From Bradymonadia bacterium (lineage in GTDB: Bacteria > Myxococcota_A > Bradymonadia > UBA7976 > UBA1532), in assembly GCA_046290225.1 (NCBI GenBank), contig JBKAGE010000019.1:1-17309 (forward strand): a DNA stretch of 17,309 nucleotides, read 5' to 3'. Every line of letters starts with the position of its first letter. Within the stretch, counting starts at the first letter, position 1. Shown piece after piece: positions 14,701 through 17,309 of the stretch. A program made the position numbers and the translations under genes. Below the pieces are notes generated by a model. The model saw only the letters and a program-made list of their open reading frames with translations. It did no database searches and was not told where the DNA came from.

Positions 14701-17309
14701 CTACGGGCCCATGCGACTGAGCCATTAGGGTAATAGGTCCATTCGTGAGCGCCTTGCCCGTCCGTCTGGGCGTATCTGGTTCTGCCCTTGGAGTCGGGCA
14801 CATAGACGGTGTTGATGCCGTTGTCTGTAGCCCACAGAAGGTGTCCATCGCCGTTCCTGGCCCAGCGGTTTTCCCAAGTGGGAGACAGAGGCGCATTGGG
14901 GCCATCGGCGACTTCATACTTGCCGGCGCTGGCTTTGATGCCACTCACACGGCCCGTTCGATCATAGGCGTAGTGCCAGTTCTGGCCTCGCATGTCGGTT
15001 CTTGACACCAGCCGACCAAAGCCGTCGTAAGTGAAGGTCTCAGTGAAGCCCTCACCGGCTTGGTCCAGAGTGCGGCGCATGACCAGCTTGTTGAGGTTGT
15101 CGAAGGTCCGCTCGACAATTCTGGGCTCGAGCTGACCTGTCTCATCAGAGTACGTGGTTTGCACAGGACGACTCAGCGCGTCGTACACCGTCTGCTCGAT
15201 CAAGCCGTATGGGTCACTCCGCCTCAGGAGCAAGCCTTCGGCTGAGTAGGTCCACAGAGACAAGAGGTACTGGTCTGGACTGGCGTTCTGAACTTCGGCG
15301 GTACAGGCCCCATCGGTTCGCTCAGTACATGTGCGGGTGACTCGGCCTTCGTCGTCGTAAGTGTAATGCACTCGTCGGGCCAAGGTCAGCATGTTGCCGC
15401 CTTGGTCATCTTCTTCGGGGATGCGCACCTCGACCTTCGTGGCTTGGCCACTCTGGTTTCTGAAGAAAGTGGTCTCTGCACCAAGAGCAGAGCGTTCGAA
15501 GAGCAGGCGCCCATCTGCATCAACTTGGCGATGAGACTTCAGCCCATCCCGCCAAATACGGATGGGGTAACCAAACACCGAGTACCGGAAGCTGGTCTTA
15601 GATGTAGAGTCTGGTTGGCCCAGCTGTGATTCCATCATGGAAGTCACAACGTCTTGGGGCAGACCCAGATGAGTTTGCAGTGCAGTGGCGAAGTCGTTCC
15701 CACACTCAGCGCTGCTCAACACCCACCTGAACTGTTTGGGTACCGTCTGCAAGTTGCAGGGCTGTGGCTCTTGAGGTGCCGGCTCCTGTTGATTCTCTAC
15801 GGTATGGTCTGCGTACCGTATCGTCTCGACCTGAGCGAGCATGCCCCCATAACTCGAAGCGAAAGTGCTGGGCTCGGTCTCTAGATTGCCATTGCTGCCA
15901 AATGGGTCAGCACTGGCTTCATATCCACCTGCTACGTCTTTCGGGGTGGGATAGTACTTGAAGAGCTGAGTCTGGCCCAACGTGTCGGCAATCATGCCAG
16001 GGGCACCACTGCTCGATGGCCAGATGAAAGTAATGTGGTCGGTGCTCGGCAGATGAGATGCACCATGTACCGTTCGCCTGAGGAGAGCACCACGCCCTCG
16101 AAGCGCGCCATGGGGGAAACCACTCTCACCATCAAGGTTGAGGTCGCAGTCGCCAGAACTACAGAGGCCAAGATCAGCAAGATCGCCAGGTTCTGGCACA
16201 TATCCATAAGGCTCGAGGCTCGCCAAGAAGTCATCAGCGGCAGCCGTACCTGGAATCAGCTCATTGAAGTCGTACCCCAAGCTGACATAGCGAGTTCGAG
16301 GTCCAAGAATGAGCTCTCCAGCTGCATTGAAGCCTTCGACAGGGTACTCCTCGATGGCGACAACCTGGTTGAAGAATGGCTCGTAGGTGAAGCTGATGTA
16401 CTCACCAATCGAGTGACCTGTGCTGTGCTCTGCAAGGACAGGGTTTTGCCACTCGAAGTAATCTCCACCGCGCTGGTCAGTGAAGCGAACGATTGACTCG
16501 AGGTTGCCTCGTTGGGCCCAGAAGGGGAGTCGGTTGTTGACGTCTGAAGTGTCATCTTCATCTGGAATTGGGTTCGCGTACTGGTAGGTCGTGTGCCCTG
16601 TCTCGTTCTCATCGAAGACACCATTGCCCGTCATGCGGTCTCGCGTGAACGCAACATGACCTTCTGGCGTGTAAAATGTCTCGGTGTAGACGAATTGACC
16701 TCCATCCGCACCCCCGGCTTGCACTGCTTCATCTGCTCGCACGACTGTCTGGCCACGAAAGTTGAGGCCGTAGACAGTCAGACGACCGTCTCGATTCCTC
16801 GTCGCGGTCCATGCGCAGACTCGCGCCAAATCTTCGCGGTAGCGTTGACGTGCACCCAGAGCTTTCTCGTTGAGAACATGTTGCACACTCCCATCTTGCG
16901 GGTTGAGCAGTGGTTGGTGCTCACCTCTGACTTCCCCTGTGGGGTCGGTGTACATGTGCTCACGAGCAAGTGTTTCACAGCTGAGTCGGGAGCGGAGAAT
17001 GGGCAGCCTACCCTCAACCTCAAACTCGTCTGGTTGGCTGTAAGCCGCAATGTGAGGTCGGAAGCCAGGCAGCCTGCGACGAGCGCCCTCGATGTCTTCC
17101 CAGCGACCAAAACGTCGCCTCAGTCGGCCATTGCGCTCGATTTCGTAGGCATTTTCACATGATTCCGCTACGAAGCCGTCATGCTCGTACTCTCGATGGT
17201 GGTAAGCGAGGCTGCCTTGTATCCCCAAAGTTAGACAAAAACGAGCCCTGGAAAAGGGGTCTCGTTTGAGCGGTCGCCGTCGTAGCCCGGTGGCCGTGCT
17301 GTGACAAGG
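11328..17309 (-). CDS. Giant Rhs/YD-repeat polymorphic toxin with a C-terminal ADP-ribosyltransferase-like domain (probably 5'-partial)
   Basis: Many YD repeats (YTYDDEGRV, FTYDGFGRL, YAYDAFGRL, YTYDGMNRL) and the Rhs core MRNRWYSPRLGQFLTHDPLG...NLYTFVGSDPVNRWDPYGL. The frame has no stop between the called TTG at 17228 and the window edge, so the true start is probably outside. Confidence 0.95.
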   Translation of the reverse strand, partial: PCHSTATGLRRRPLKRDPFSRARFCLTLGIQGSLAYHHREYEHDGFVAESCENAYEIERNGRLRRRFGRWEDIEGARRRLPGFRPHIAAYSQPDEFEVEGRLPILRSRLSCETLAREHMYTDPTGEVRGEHQPLLNPQDGSVQHVLNEKALGARQRYREDLARVCAWTATRNRDGRLTVYGLNFRGQTVVRADEAVQAGGADGGQFVYTETFYTPEGHVAFTRDRMTGNGVFDENETGHTTYQYANPIPDEDDTSDVNNRLPFWAQRGNLESIVRFTDQRGGDYFEWQNPVLAEHSTGHSIGEYISFTYEPFFNQVVAIEEYPVEGFNAAGELILGPRTRYVSLGYDFNELIPGTAAADDFLASLEPYGYVPEPGDLADLGLCSSGDCDLNLDGESGFPHGALRGRGALLRRTVHGASHLPSTDHITFIWPSSSGAPGMIADTLGQTQLFKYYPTPKDVAGGYEASADPFGSNGNLETEPSTFASSYGGMLAQVETIRYADHTVENQQEPAPQEPQPCNLQTVPKQFRWVLSSAECGNDFATALQTHLGLPQDVVTSMMESQLGQPDSTSKTSFRYSVFGYPIRIWRDGLKSHRQVDADGRLLFERSALGAETTFFRNQSGQATKVEVRIPEEDDQGGNMLTLARRVHYTYDDEGRVTRTCTERTDGACTAEVQNASPDQYLLSLWTYSAEGLLLRRSDPYGLIEQTVYDALSRPVQTTYSDETGQLEPRIVERTFDNLNKLVMRRTLDQAGEGFTETFTYDGFGRLVSRTDMRGQNWHYAYDRTGRVSGIKASAGKYEVADGPNAPLSPTWENRWARNGDGHLLWATDNGINTVYVPDSKGRTRYAQTDGQGAHEWTYYPNGSVAWARSPDGTQHIYTQNPATRTATTSTIHRRGDEAFSISTVMVDDPVNREISTARYGSQGEVSVQNAYYDALGRTSETVDVEGHGQRSEWDLAGWPSRQVRTYSGLADVDETTYEYRWVNGQVGTAITDPRGGITLEYRDAFQQVTRRVLPGFTVQTPTNYEYAYDAFGRLVSETKPGNLGMLNSYRDPQTQALTVDLRQATEFSPQGQWTYAQWDYDSLGRLLQSTSYNPQLAAFNILKPTVTHEYTYDSAGRLNSETMGLDGYVSLPVTGNWSLVQPSIDSSAPYALDQPNSVWKRQLTYPESASWSYELDGGGRVNRVNENGPSVDHQPLGWTPMDAQLDWWGSHYVGRTQTWGPNMDPFREMVDLDGLGQTTYRTFTAVDLDNGNPTNALWADTYCPGGWDAARCDAPLYAESFIRDEKGRVRSLDWRFGRVGPVGQDPSNPQRWRGYNYGVRGHLDTVLERSDLDLDPSPTANLVPHTTLWGDVQMAAQGLTQAPDERAYTREADAVGSLTTLTLHTAAQGGQPAASEDLWDHPGLRSARLELSQLVVDGQSYSFTHDMAGRLTDMLPDGAGDGQGWSYTYDGMNRLVAVEDDAGQLVEAYAYDAQGQLAVVYDANGVSKRFAYDGPQIVYAEDGVGDPLWEAIWGPGTDQLLEWRTFGPSAGRHAPVTSHRNSVVGMWSPDNEALGETVEYTAEGRARLLDLDGALSCDEEGSPDGACSVGANGPRYLTGPDGSPFGFNGLMRSEITGLVYMRNRWYSPRLGQFLTHDPLGYVDSLNLYTFVGSDPVNRWDPYGLSSNGGAAKDPTPSNDEEPPTDGLGGSGGEYYGDIGQGGSMGSGGWQPNRYVDNRKKKELRPLPPLSKPKPRWIEQGPNSYSAKSERLARAIADPEAHWSARFALTFAWYENAPYAGAEDALFGLLNIHIDVPNLARSASEKTARAAIRFQDGDISEGFLELGGAAVDGTIAVATVVGLGKGVKTTVAPKGGGGSRSFFTVQNTDDAKRLAAGGDPWPSAAHRAHIGEGAYTFDSKAAAEAYLKRLKGHVPDGVDLHIVELRIGEAELGRLKAIDLRGNDSLAVQFVSRHSRLYGQGLPHEYQYVIRPTSIAPEHFFPKSVLDLFNISF
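12315..12329 (-). other. Rhs autoproteolysis motif DPYGL
   Basis: DPxGL closes the Rhs core and the upstream DPLG is also intact. Cleavage here predicts release of a 328-aa C-terminal fragment. Confidence 0.9.

Noticed and set aside
17226..17228. TTG at 17228 as the Rhs start codon
   Set aside because: No evident RBS, and the frame stays open to the window edge.
1..17309. CRISPR array, tRNA or rRNA genes
   Set aside because: No regularly spaced repeats or recognisable structural RNA genes were seen by eye.

Overview
GC-rich bacterial accessory region with two convergent blocks. The + strand block starts at the right end of an IS66-family element (1-99). It continues with a 557-aa hypothetical gene, an SNF2 helicase, a SWIM zinc-finger/winged-helix gene, a small gene broken by one TAG, and a PLD-nuclease/SF2-helicase/DUF3427-type gene, which together look like a defence or DNA-processing island. 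The - strand block starts with a giant Rhs/YD-repeat toxin that is open to the window edge. After it come a 133-aa putative immunity gene, a lox-like inverted repeat, a Cre-like recombinase gene cut by an IS3 remnant, and an orphan gene. A 46-bp palindrome sits where the blocks meet. The most striking observation is the toxin-immunity pair. The toxin tip has the motif layout of diphtheria-toxin-like ADP-ribosyltransferases (G-x-Y-x10-Y...E), and the adjacent immunity protein aligns by eye with a stand-alone EF-G domain IV lacking the tip histidine. This suggests an interbacterial toxin that attacks EF-G and is neutralised by a substrate decoy. All family assignments come from motif recognition by eye; no searches were run.
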